64,000 bases of DNA from Candidatus Omnitrophota bacterium (GTDB lineage Bacteria; Omnitrophota; Omnitrophia; Omnitrophales; Aquincolibacteriaceae), in NCBI GenBank assembly GCA_903884815.1, contig CAISGE010000021.1:64448-128447 (forward strand). Direction: 5' to 3'. Below, in pieces: positions 34,852 through 43,451 of the stretch (positions within the stretch are counted from its first letter, which is position 1; each line of letters starts with the position of its first letter). The notes under the pieces are model-generated. The model was given only the letters and a program-made list of their open reading frames with translations. It was not told the origin of the DNA and made no database searches. The translations under genes and the position numbers were made by a program.

Positions 34852-36228
34852 CTACAAACGCCTGACGCTCAAAAGTGTCAGATCGTCCTGAAGCACGGCG
34901 TTACTTGAGAACTCCATGGCCTCGTGGTAAAGCGCATCCACAAACGCCTGGCCTTCGAGTTTGGCATGACGAACCACGGCTTGTCCCAAACGATCGACCC
35001 CGAACATCACGCCGTCCGCACGCTTTGCTTCGGTGATGCCGTCCGTATAAACAAGGAGCCGGTCCCCCCGTTGCAACGGAATGGATGCCGGATCCTGAAA
35101 ATTCAGCCCCGCCATCACCCCCAAAGGAACTCCGTGCGCCTTGATCTGTTCCACGGTCCCGGTCGCGGCACGCATTAGTAAGGCGGGACAATGCCCCGCC
35201 GACATGATCTTCACCTGCCCCTTCTCTTCATCGAGGAGCGCGCCGACAAAGGTGACAAGACGCGAGCCCTCCGTATCATGAGCCACGCGAGCGTTAAGCC
35301 GGTCCATAAAACCCGCAATGTCTCTGTTCTGCGGCAGATCCGCCCGGACATACGCGCGGCAAGACGCGATCAGAAGCGCCGGCCCGAGCCCGTGTCCCGT
35401 CGCATCTCCCAGCATCACAAAGCCTTCTTTGGAAGGAAGTTCGCACCAGTCATAGTAATCACCGCCGGTCTCCGTCGCGGGCTTGCACCAACCGATGACC
35501 TCAAACCCCTTGATCTTCAGTTCGTGCCTCGGGAAAAGGCTTTGCTGGATCTCGCGCGCGATCTTGAGCTCGCCCTGCAAAAGTTCCGTGCGCCGCTTCA
35601 GGTCCGCCGCTTCAAGCGCTGTGATCACGTGGACTTTTAACTCGCGGCTGATAAGAGCCGCCACAGCTCCGGCGAGTAAGAGGTAAAATGGATAACTGGC
35701 AAGAAAGGCTACCTTCGAGGAGTCCACACCGCCTGCTTTGAAAACCGCGTAAAGGATAACTCCCGAATGACCCAGCGCGGCAAGGCCTCCGGAGAGAAAA
35801 GCCAATTTTGGATCCAGTCGGAGAATGTTCGCGGAGATAAATATCCCATAAAGAAGTACGGCCGGGACAGCAATCGCATGAAAAGGATCGAGGGGCGACA
35901 ATGCCACGGCAATCAAAATGGCGATCGTCGGTATTAAGGATTCGAAAACTATCCCCAGAACCCATATCCAGGAGGGCAAAAGCCGCGCTTCACGATTAGC
36001 GCCCCGGACGATCGTTAAAGAACAGGCCGCATAAACCGCCATCACAAGAGCAAGAACAAGCCTCCAGAAAAATACATGCCCCCGCATGACTGCCCCGCCA
36101 GTCAGATTCCGCACGAAAATCATTACGGTCGTGGCCACAACGATCCCTAAAAGGATCAAGAGGCGTTTGACTTCACTCCTCTGGATCGCCAGCCGGAAAG
36201 CCCGGAGATCCTCAACGATAGGAGCCAT
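34852..36228 (-). CDS. membrane-anchored PP2C/SpoIIE-family serine phosphatase (multi-TM sensor N-terminus)
   Basis: About 200 aa of TM helices, then a SpoIIE/PP2C domain (..GGDYYDW..VMLGDATGHGL..VYTDGITEA..). Confidence 0.8.
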   Translation of the reverse strand: MAPIVEDLRAFRLAIQRSEVKRLLILLGIVVATTVMIFVRNLTGGAVMRGHVFFWRLVLALVMAVYAACSLTIVRGANREARLLPSWIWVLGIVFESLIPTIAILIAVALSPLDPFHAIAVPAVLLYGIFISANILRLDPKLAFLSGGLAALGHSGVILYAVFKAGGVDSSKVAFLASYPFYLLLAGAVAALISRELKVHVITALEAADLKRRTELLQGELKIAREIQQSLFPRHELKIKGFEVIGWCKPATETGGDYYDWCELPSKEGFVMLGDATGHGLGPALLIASCRAYVRADLPQNRDIAGFMDRLNARVAHDTEGSRLVTFVGALLDEEKGQVKIMSAGHCPALLMRAATGTVEQIKAHGVPLGVMAGLNFQDPASIPLQRGDRLLVYTDGITEAKRADGVMFGVDRLGQAVVRHAKLEGQAFVDALYHEAMEFSSNAVLQDDLTLLSVRRL

Positions 36229-36266
36229 CTACTCACTCCCTTCCCTTGTTTTCCTGCACAGCATGG

Positions 36267-36977
36267 CTATGTTCGCCTCTCAGGATCCGGTGTGTCTTCA
36301 GAGTCCTTCATGGAACGCCTCAAACTTTCTGTGGAATGCAACGACACCAGCCGGGACATCAAAATGGCTACATAAAAAACACCACCCGCAGCTTCCAGTA
36401 TCGCCAACATCCGTGCCACTCCCGAAACGGGCATAATATCCCCATAACCTACCGTACAGAGCGTGGCAAAACTGAAATAAAGAGCCGTGAAGCCAACCAT
36501 GTAATTCTCCCCCACCGGTTTTCCCATGTAGGTGAAAGAACCCGGTACGATCTGATCTACCAAAGCATAGGCCAAAGCCCAGAGCAAGCCTAAGGTGAGG
36601 TAGGTTGCCACCCCGGCGCACAACACTTCAGAGTCGACGCGGGGTGATCTCGAAATAAAATGAAGAAGCCGGAAGGCCGTATAGCCAATCAGACAGATCC
36701 CGATTGTCTGGTAAAAAGCAGGATTCATAAGATCCGGTTTGAAATAGTGTATCCATTTCCCCGCGACCACCAGCGAAACCAGGAGAGCGAAAGAAATCAG
36801 GGTTTTGCGCCCTGCCCCAATGGCAAGCAACGCGGACAAGAATACCAGCGTGATAAGCATCGCTTCGAGAGGGCTCCCGCATCGGGACAATTCGAGGAAC
36901 GGCGAAACCACGATCATCAGGAGCATCGCGAAAAGATAATAAAAGACGGAAAAAAAACGGTTTTTCTTCTGCATCAA
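36267..36977 (-). CDS. potassium channel family protein
   Basis: K+ selectivity filter TVGYGD within a pore loop flanked by TM helices. It overlaps the downstream gene by 4 nt. Confidence 0.8.
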   Translation of the reverse strand: MMQKKNRFFSVFYYLFAMLLMIVVSPFLELSRCGSPLEAMLITLVFLSALLAIGAGRKTLISFALLVSLVVAGKWIHYFKPDLMNPAFYQTIGICLIGYTAFRLLHFISRSPRVDSEVLCAGVATYLTLGLLWALAYALVDQIVPGSFTYMGKPVGENYMVGFTALYFSFATLCTVGYGDIMPVSGVARMLAILEAAGGVFYVAILMSRLVSLHSTESLRRSMKDSEDTPDPERRT

Positions 36978-37399
36978 ACTTTTTCCTCTACGGCCTTAGG
37001 CGCGCGGACGAAATAGACGTCGAAAGTCTGCTGGACCAGCGGTTGGGTATATGTCCCCGCCAGCTGTTCACTATCCGGATAATAGCGCAATTTGTATGTC
37101 GCACCGGGATAATTTTTATCGTTGAGTTCAACGAACACAGTAAGGATGTCGCCTTCTTTTCGCCATTCGGTGCGCGACACATGGATCGGATTCGGATTGA
37201 AATAAGCAACATCGAGATTCCCGCCGGCCTGCACGCTGCGAACGTCAATGGCATAGCCCCCGTCCGGCCGCACCCATCGCCCGATTAGTCGCTGCTCATC
37301 GACTTTTCCCAGGGACTGCGGCTTATCAGCGGCGAACCCCAAAATGGAGAAACCGGCAAAGGCTAGAAGAACAAGCGCTATAATTTTTTTAAGTTTCAC
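36974..37399 (-). CDS. hypothetical secreted protein
   Basis: 141 aa with signal peptide MKLKKIIALVLLAFAGFSILGFA. No family recognised. Confidence 0.5.
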   Translation of the reverse strand: MKLKKIIALVLLAFAGFSILGFAADKPQSLGKVDEQRLIGRWVRPDGGYAIDVRSVQAGGNLDVAYFNPNPIHVSRTEWRKEGDILTVFVELNDKNYPGATYKLRYYPDSEQLAGTYTQPLVQQTFDVYFVRAPKAVEEKV

Positions 37400-37440
37400 G
37401 ACGATCCTTTCTTTGAGTTTCTAAAGGTGCCTGCCAACAT

Positions 37441-37502
37441 GTCATTCCCGAATGCTTTAATCGGAAATCCACACCCTGGATCCCCGCCTTCGCGGGGATG
37501 AC
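37441..37502. repeat. possible degenerate member of the GTCATTC...GGATGAC element family
   Basis: Termini GTCATTCCCGA / GGGGATGACA plus an internal perfect hairpin CCCCGC-CTTC-GCGGGG. It lies 42 nt upstream of the 36974-37399 start codon. Confidence 0.35.
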
Positions 37503-37546
37503 AAAGCGCATTACATTAGAATCTTGAAATCATATACGAAAACGGC

Positions 37547-39199
37547 TCAGGACTTCAGATCGAACTCTTTGAGTTTCGCCCGGGCCGTGCCGAAGTTGCC
37601 GAGATGGTAAACGCAAGCTCCGACCGGCATGAACGTAAACGTGTCGAAAGGTTCTTTCAGCATTTTGTCCAGATAGTCCATCGCGGCGAGCCCTGTCGTA
37701 ACATGCGGGTTGAAATTCTTGCCGGAATGTTCTGGAACGAATGCTTCGATATAGTGGATCGTCGGTTCGTTCACCTCAGGATCTTCGCGCGTCGTGACAA
37801 ACGCCGCAGCCGTCCCGGTTTTCGCCGTAAAGGGCGCCACGGCATCGATCAGATCCTGCTGCAACTTGATCAACTCCGCGTTGGGTTCCACGACAATGCC
37901 CGACAAACCCATGCCGTCCGTGGGAATGTAATAGTATTTAAACGCCTTCAATTTCAAAGCCGCCACATCCACGTTAGACAGAATTTTTCCAGCCGCGGCA
38001 TAGACCTTCTCGAGGTCCACCGTGCGTACATAGCGCTGCAGCATCGTGATGTGGGGACGGTGAGAAGCATCGAGCGCGAAACCTTTCGGAAAGAGCAAAA
38101 GCAGACGAGCATTCACGGCTTCCGCGCGTTGCATCATCGTAGCGTCAGGTTCCAATGCGACATCAATCGCCGTGACCGCCGAGGCATCAGAAGGAAAAAC
38201 GGTATTCCAATCGTTCTTCATGCTGACCACGGTCCAGCCATCTTTCTGGGCCTGGTCGTATACCGCCTGCGTGAACGCGCCCAGCTTGACGTCCGGCAAA
38301 CCTTGGGCTGGACCGTAGGGGTATTCGCGCACCTCATCATCATGCAGCACCAGCAACTCGAAACGCGCGCCGCTGCCGCCCTGCGTATATTCCAGCATCT
38401 CCTGATCGCCCCGCGAATTACCGAACGCGGCGATAGGCCTGCGGCCAATATGCAAATTAATACCGAGCGGCTTCCCTTCCTTATCATCATTAAAGCTCAG
38501 CTCAGGCAGACGCACGATCACCGGCTTGCCGTCGCGCATTTCGAACTTGGTCTTGATGCTGCTGCCAATAACCTGTTCCGGTGGAATGCCGTAAACCTTC
38601 TCTGCCCACGGGCGCATGAACTCGATGCCGCCACCGGAGACAATATAAGTCTTAAAACCGTTCGCGCGCAGATAAGCGAGAACCTCGAGCATGGGCTGAT
38701 AAACCATTTCGGTGTAAAGCTTCCCCGTCTTCGGGTGCCTCGCGGTGGCGATCCAATCCATCACTGTCTTCTCGAACTCGTCCGTAGTCATGCCCGCATG
38801 CGTCGCCATCATGAATTCGATGATCGCGCGATCCCCGCCGGCAAGTGCTGTTTTAAAATCACCTTTGAGTAGCGAGGCGAACGGCTCCTTGGTATTCCAT
38901 TCGGGATGCTCGGGCGCAAGAGCCTTCAAGCGATCGAGCGCGAAGTAAAACTGAACGGGCATCGGTTGTTCACACCAGAGCGTGCCGTCATTGTCGAAAA
39001 CAGCGATCCTCTCGGGTACCGGCACAAAGTCCGGCGCCCCCTCTTTCGTGACTTTCTCGACGAAATTGACAATGGACTGCTTCGCAGGGCCCTCATTCCA
39101 GGACGAAAGCGGACTAGCGGCAAAGGCGACGGTCGTCGATAAAACAAACAAGCCGAAGAATGCGACGATGAATGATTTCGGGAGACGGGCTGCTTTCAT
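37547..39199 (-). CDS. secreted bifunctional HAD-superfamily phosphatase / 2H phosphoesterase fusion protein
   Basis: Signal peptide from the ATG at 39199 (MKAARLPKSFIVAFFGLFVLSTTVAFA). HAD motif I VFDNDGTLW plus YIVSGGG and GNSRGD. The C-terminal half carries two HxT motifs (RPHITMLQRY and NPHVTTGLA). Confidence 0.7.
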   Translation of the reverse strand: MKAARLPKSFIVAFFGLFVLSTTVAFAASPLSSWNEGPAKQSIVNFVEKVTKEGAPDFVPVPERIAVFDNDGTLWCEQPMPVQFYFALDRLKALAPEHPEWNTKEPFASLLKGDFKTALAGGDRAIIEFMMATHAGMTTDEFEKTVMDWIATARHPKTGKLYTEMVYQPMLEVLAYLRANGFKTYIVSGGGIEFMRPWAEKVYGIPPEQVIGSSIKTKFEMRDGKPVIVRLPELSFNDDKEGKPLGINLHIGRRPIAAFGNSRGDQEMLEYTQGGSGARFELLVLHDDEVREYPYGPAQGLPDVKLGAFTQAVYDQAQKDGWTVVSMKNDWNTVFPSDASAVTAIDVALEPDATMMQRAEAVNARLLLLFPKGFALDASHRPHITMLQRYVRTVDLEKVYAAAGKILSNVDVAALKLKAFKYYYIPTDGMGLSGIVVEPNAELIKLQQDLIDAVAPFTAKTGTAAAFVTTREDPEVNEPTIHYIEAFVPEHSGKNFNPHVTTGLAAMDYLDKMLKEPFDTFTFMPVGACVYHLGNFGTARAKLKEFDLKS

Positions 39200-39310
39200 A
39201 ATTAAACTTCTTTCCACTGGATGGATATTCGGTTCAGATATCTCAAAACGCACAGACAAAAACAGCGGGCGACCCTTGCGGGCCGCCCGATTCAGACATG
39301 CTCATGAGGC

Positions 39311-40978
39311 TTACTTCGACGGACTTTCCTTAAGCTTCTCCAGGATCTCATCCAGGTTGAAGCTGGCCGCCTTCTGCCGCTGAGGATAATCCCTGAACGT
39401 CATCAGGAACTTGCCCACGTAATCCTGTGCTGGCACGAACAAAAAGGCATGGTCGAGCATCCAGTCGTAGTAAGTGTTCGACGTGATATCCGCCCGTTCG
39501 TAGGGATCGGTACGTAGGTTGAAGATCTTCGGGATCCGCAACGTGATGAACGGTTCCATCCATATGCGCATCGTTCCCGTGGCACGCTGCTCCATGAACA
39601 CCAGTTTCCAGTTGTCGTAGCGCAGGCCGGTCACTTGCTGGTCATCGTTAATGTAGATGAACGACTCCCGCGGGCTCTTTGCGACTTCCCCGGTCAGGTA
39701 GGGCACAAGATTATCGCCGTCGAGATGAACCCTGTACGTCATATCCCCCACGGTATACCCCTTAAGCAACTCGTCCTTCACGTTGGGATCACCCGCGATC
39801 GCCAAGATAGTGGGCAACAAGTCCAGGTGAGAAACGATCTCGTTGGATACCTGTCCCGGCTTGATCTTGCCCGGCCAACGGAACATGGCGGGGACACGAT
39901 AGGCGCCTTCCCAGTTCGAATTCTTCTCGTTACGGAAGGGTGTCATCGCGCCGTCCGGCCAGGAGTTCATATGCGGCCCGTTGTCCGTGCCGTACATGAC
40001 AAAGGTGTTGTCGGCAATGCCCAGATCATCCAGCGCCTTGAGAACTTCTCCGACATTCTTGTCGTGGTCGATCATGGCGTCATGGTAAGGGCTCTGCCAA
40101 CGTCCCGACTGGCCGATGCTTTCTGGCTTCGTGTGAGTGCGGAAGTGCATGTGGGTGGTGTTCACCCAAACGAAGAACGGCTTGCCCGCCGCGTTCTGCC
40201 GTTTGATGAAATCCACCGCCCGGTTAGTGATATCGTCGTCTACTGTTATCATCCGTTCCTTGGTCAGAGCGCCGGTATCCTTGCACACCTGCTTGCCGAC
40301 CCTGCCAAAACGCGGGTCGATGGTAGAATCGTCCGTATCCGAGGCCTTGCAATCCATCACGCCACGAGGTCCGTACTTAGCACGGAACGCGGGATCCTTC
40401 GGATAGTCCGGAAGTTCCGGTTCTTCCTCAGCGTTCAAATGATAGAGATTGCCGTAGAACTCATCAAAACCATGAACCGTGGGCAAAAACTCGTTACGAT
40501 CACCCAAGTGATTCTTACCGAACTGTCCCGTCGCATAGCCCAGCGGTTTGAGGAGCTCGGCGATGGTCGGATCTTCCTTTTGCAACCCGAGCGTGGCACC
40601 CGGCAAACCGACTTTGGTCAGACCCGTGCGCAAACCCGACTGGCCTGTAATGAACGATGCCCTGCCGGCGGTAGAGCTTTGCTCGGCGTAGTAATCGGTG
40701 AACATCACGCCTTCTTTAGCGATACGATCAATGTTGGGCGTCTGGTAGCCCATCAAGCCATGGGAGTAGGCGCTGATATTCGACTGACCGACATCATCAC
40801 CCCAAAAGATGACAACATTGGGTTTCTTCGCTTGTGCGGGCGCGGCGTGCCCGCAGACCGGCAAACCGCTGATGGCGACGGTCATCCCGCCGACCACTCC
40901 AAGCATCCGTACTATTTTTTTCAGGCTGGGATATTTTTCAGGCATTTCCCAGGGCTGAGAGACTGTTTTTGAGTCCAT
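39311..40978 (-). CDS. sulfatase family protein (Ser-type, variant SxAxR maturation motif)
   Basis: Alkaline-phosphatase-superfamily sulfatase N-terminus (NVVIFWGDDVGQSNISAY .. SSTAGRASFITGQ .. GKNHLGD). The formylglycine motif reads S-T-A-G-R (C/S-x-P/A-x-R class). Confidence 0.8.
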   Translation of the reverse strand: MDSKTVSQPWEMPEKYPSLKKIVRMLGVVGGMTVAISGLPVCGHAAPAQAKKPNVVIFWGDDVGQSNISAYSHGLMGYQTPNIDRIAKEGVMFTDYYAEQSSTAGRASFITGQSGLRTGLTKVGLPGATLGLQKEDPTIAELLKPLGYATGQFGKNHLGDRNEFLPTVHGFDEFYGNLYHLNAEEEPELPDYPKDPAFRAKYGPRGVMDCKASDTDDSTIDPRFGRVGKQVCKDTGALTKERMITVDDDITNRAVDFIKRQNAAGKPFFVWVNTTHMHFRTHTKPESIGQSGRWQSPYHDAMIDHDKNVGEVLKALDDLGIADNTFVMYGTDNGPHMNSWPDGAMTPFRNEKNSNWEGAYRVPAMFRWPGKIKPGQVSNEIVSHLDLLPTILAIAGDPNVKDELLKGYTVGDMTYRVHLDGDNLVPYLTGEVAKSPRESFIYINDDQQVTGLRYDNWKLVFMEQRATGTMRIWMEPFITLRIPKIFNLRTDPYERADITSNTYYDWMLDHAFLFVPAQDYVGKFLMTFRDYPQRQKAASFNLDEILEKLKESPSK

Positions 40979-41048
40979 CAGAAAAATCTCCTATTTTTTT
41001 GTTTGGATATTGTACTGTTTGAACCGTGATTCCCCTATAGCAAAAGAA

Positions 41049-41963
41049 TTAACTCTTTCCCCGCATCTTGGCAATATTCTTCCAAAAATTCGGGAAAAGG
41101 AGTGAAATGCCGGCATTGATCCCGTACTGGGGCGGATGCCCGTGGTTCACAAAATTCCAATAGGGTTGGACGTAGCAATTGACGTCCTGACGACCGATCT
41201 TGAAAGTACGCCCAACCCCGAGATCGATCGGAATGATCTTAAATTCGGTCCGCCAGTCAAAAACCATTTGGGGTTGGCTGCGGACGAACCAACCTTTCCC
41301 GATCTGGTACGTCACGAAAGGCTGGAGCAACATGGCGTTGGCATAGGGCCTGTCACGATCCCCGGCAAAGGAGATCGGATTTTGAAAAATCGCACCGACC
41401 ATTACCCGCTTCGCGAGAAAGGCAAACCCCGCCGCGGGTCCCATCTGCCATTTTCCCTGTCCCGCTGTCCTTTCCGTGGCCGTCGGAAGTACGAAAGTGG
41501 GTCCCACCCCGAACAAGAACCTTTTGCTTTCATAAAGCATGGCAAGATCGAGAAATCGCAAGTCCCCGAAACCTGTCGGATTTTTGGGAGAAGTCACGGC
41601 AATAGGCGCGGACAAAAGAGTCAGATGCTTGAGGGGAAGCAACCGGTAAGCCGGAAGAGGCATGGTGATATCCATGCTAAAAATATTGCCCCGGCCGCCC
41701 TTCTCCACAAAACGCGGAATGTAGTTATTCCGAAAGCGGATCTGCATGATGGAAGACAGAGGCGCGTTGGCCTGATTGACCAGTTGGGGGTCCCCCTGGA
41801 TATCCCGGCGAAGCAATCCTTCGGCTGCGTTGGCGATCGCTGGGATAAGGCCCGTAAATGCCAACAAAAGGAATAGTGCGAAGAACCGTCCGATTTTTAT
41901 CCCGAGTCTATCTACCGTCATGATGTCATCCTGCATGAAACAATTTAATGATACAAACCTCAA
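41049..41963 (-). CDS. putative outer-membrane beta-barrel protein
   Basis: Signal peptide from the internal Met at 41921 (MTVDRLGIKIGRFFALFLLLAFTGLIPAIANA), which has an AGGA SD. Alternating amphipathic strands run to a C-terminal aromatic residue. Confidence 0.6.
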   Translation of the reverse strand: MRFVSLNCFMQDDIMTVDRLGIKIGRFFALFLLLAFTGLIPAIANAAEGLLRRDIQGDPQLVNQANAPLSSIMQIRFRNNYIPRFVEKGGRGNIFSMDITMPLPAYRLLPLKHLTLLSAPIAVTSPKNPTGFGDLRFLDLAMLYESKRFLFGVGPTFVLPTATERTAGQGKWQMGPAAGFAFLAKRVMVGAIFQNPISFAGDRDRPYANAMLLQPFVTYQIGKGWFVRSQPQMVFDWRTEFKIIPIDLGVGRTFKIGRQDVNCYVQPYWNFVNHGHPPQYGINAGISLLFPNFWKNIAKMRGKS

Positions 41964-41966
41964 AAT

Positions 41967-42057
41967 CCGTCATTCTGAGCCCTCAGGCGAAGAATCTCGA
42001 ACAGAGATCCTTCCCTCGCTCCTGCTTTCGCAAGAAAGCGCGAGGTCAGGATGACGG
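41967..42057. repeat. structured intergenic repeat element, copy B (same family as 4321-4400)
   Basis: CCGTCATTCTGAGC ... GAAGAATCTC-GAACA-GAGATCCTTC ... GTCAGGATGACGG. It fills the whole gap between the anSME stop and the outer-membrane-protein ORF. Confidence 0.6.
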
Positions 42058-43407
42058 TTACATCCTCGCCTGTGGCTGCACACCACGCTTGCGGATATCG
42101 GCCGCGATGCGCTCAACTTCCGGGATCGCGTGGGCGAAAAATCGTTTGAACCCGGAGCAAAGATAATTCAGTCCCGGTTCCCCCTCCGCCGTGCGGAGGA
42201 TGCGGTTCTTCGGGCACTCGCCCCAGCAATCGCGAAGATACGGACACTCCCGGCATTGCTTCGGCAGTGTCTCGTTCTTTGCGTAACCGAATTTCACCTG
42301 CGCGCGGTCGAGCACGGTGTTGATCAAATTGCCGCTGTGGACATTTCCGACCTTGTATTCCGGATAGACATAGTGATCGCAGGAATATATCCCACCGTCG
42401 TGCTCCACGGCAAGCCCTTTACCGCAAAATTCACCGTAAATGCAAAGTTGTGACGGCAAGCCCAAATGCTGCGCCACGAGCGTTTCACAATGATTGACCA
42501 GGACCTTGCCCAGGTCCCTCGCCCGCCATTCATCAAAGATCTTGCACAGGAAATAACCCCAATCCTCCGGGTCCACGGACCATTCCGTGACAACGGAATC
42601 CGGACGGCCGGGGCGTGCCTCGGGATCGCCTTGTTTCGGCAACTTCATAGCGTCCCATACTTGCGGCGCCGTCCGCTCGAAACCTTTGTACTCCACAACA
42701 GGATTAAATTGCATATAGGTGGCGCCCAGCTCCCGTCGCAGGAACCGGTAGATATCGAGCGGCCGCTTGGCGCTGATACGACTGACGCAAGTCAACGTAT
42801 TGAACGGAACGCCATGCTTTTTCAGGAGCATGGCGGCCGCGAACACTTTGTCAAACGTGGGCTTCCCGTCCTTGGTGACCCGGTAGGCATCGTGGATATC
42901 CTTGGGCCCGTCAATGCTCAGTCCGACCAGGAACCGGTGCTCCTTGAGGAACGCGCACCATGTTTCGTCGAGAAGTGTCCCGTTGGTCTGCAGATCGTTC
43001 TCGATCTTCTGATTCGGTTTCGCATATTTTTCCTGGAGCGCGACGACCTTCCGGAAGAAATCGAGCCCCATGAGCGTGGGCTCGCCGCCCTGCCAGGAAA
43101 AGACGACCTCCGGTCCGGTCACACCCGCAATATATTGCTGGATGAAACGCTCAAGGGTTGCATCAGACATACGTCCGGCGCCGGGCCCCTGAGGAAGCGT
43201 TTCTTTGCTGAGGTAAAAACAGTATTGGCAGTCGAGATTGCAGGTGGATCCGGCGGGCTTCGCCATGATGTGGAACCGGCGCGAGCCCTGGCTTGAGGCA
43301 AGCATCGGGCCATCGTATTTATCAAGCGGCCTTGGGCGTCCGTCCGGGCCAAAAGCCACGGCCGAAAAAGGACGCGGCTCCGGTTTACTTTGATCCGACA
43401 ATGTCAT
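42058..43407 (-). CDS. anaerobic sulfatase-maturating enzyme (radical SAM, anSME/AtsB family)
   Basis: FHIMAKPAGSTCNLDCQYCFY (CxxxCxxC), SPASM-type C-terminal Cys clusters (CRECPYLRDCWGECP). The true start may be the internal Met at 43305. Confidence 0.85.
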   Translation of the reverse strand: MTLSDQSKPEPRPFSAVAFGPDGRPRPLDKYDGPMLASSQGSRRFHIMAKPAGSTCNLDCQYCFYLSKETLPQGPGAGRMSDATLERFIQQYIAGVTGPEVVFSWQGGEPTLMGLDFFRKVVALQEKYAKPNQKIENDLQTNGTLLDETWCAFLKEHRFLVGLSIDGPKDIHDAYRVTKDGKPTFDKVFAAAMLLKKHGVPFNTLTCVSRISAKRPLDIYRFLRRELGATYMQFNPVVEYKGFERTAPQVWDAMKLPKQGDPEARPGRPDSVVTEWSVDPEDWGYFLCKIFDEWRARDLGKVLVNHCETLVAQHLGLPSQLCIYGEFCGKGLAVEHDGGIYSCDHYVYPEYKVGNVHSGNLINTVLDRAQVKFGYAKNETLPKQCRECPYLRDCWGECPKNRILRTAEGEPGLNYLCSGFKRFFAHAIPEVERIAADIRKRGVQPQARM

Positions 43408-43451
43408 GGTCTATTTATCCGAAACAACTGAGAATCTCGGGGCGTGATATC

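Noticed and set aside
43408-43451. GAGAATCTCGG motif near the patatin stop resembling the inner block of the repeat family
   Set aside because: Only a 9-mer match without the flanking terminal blocks, well within chance expectation.
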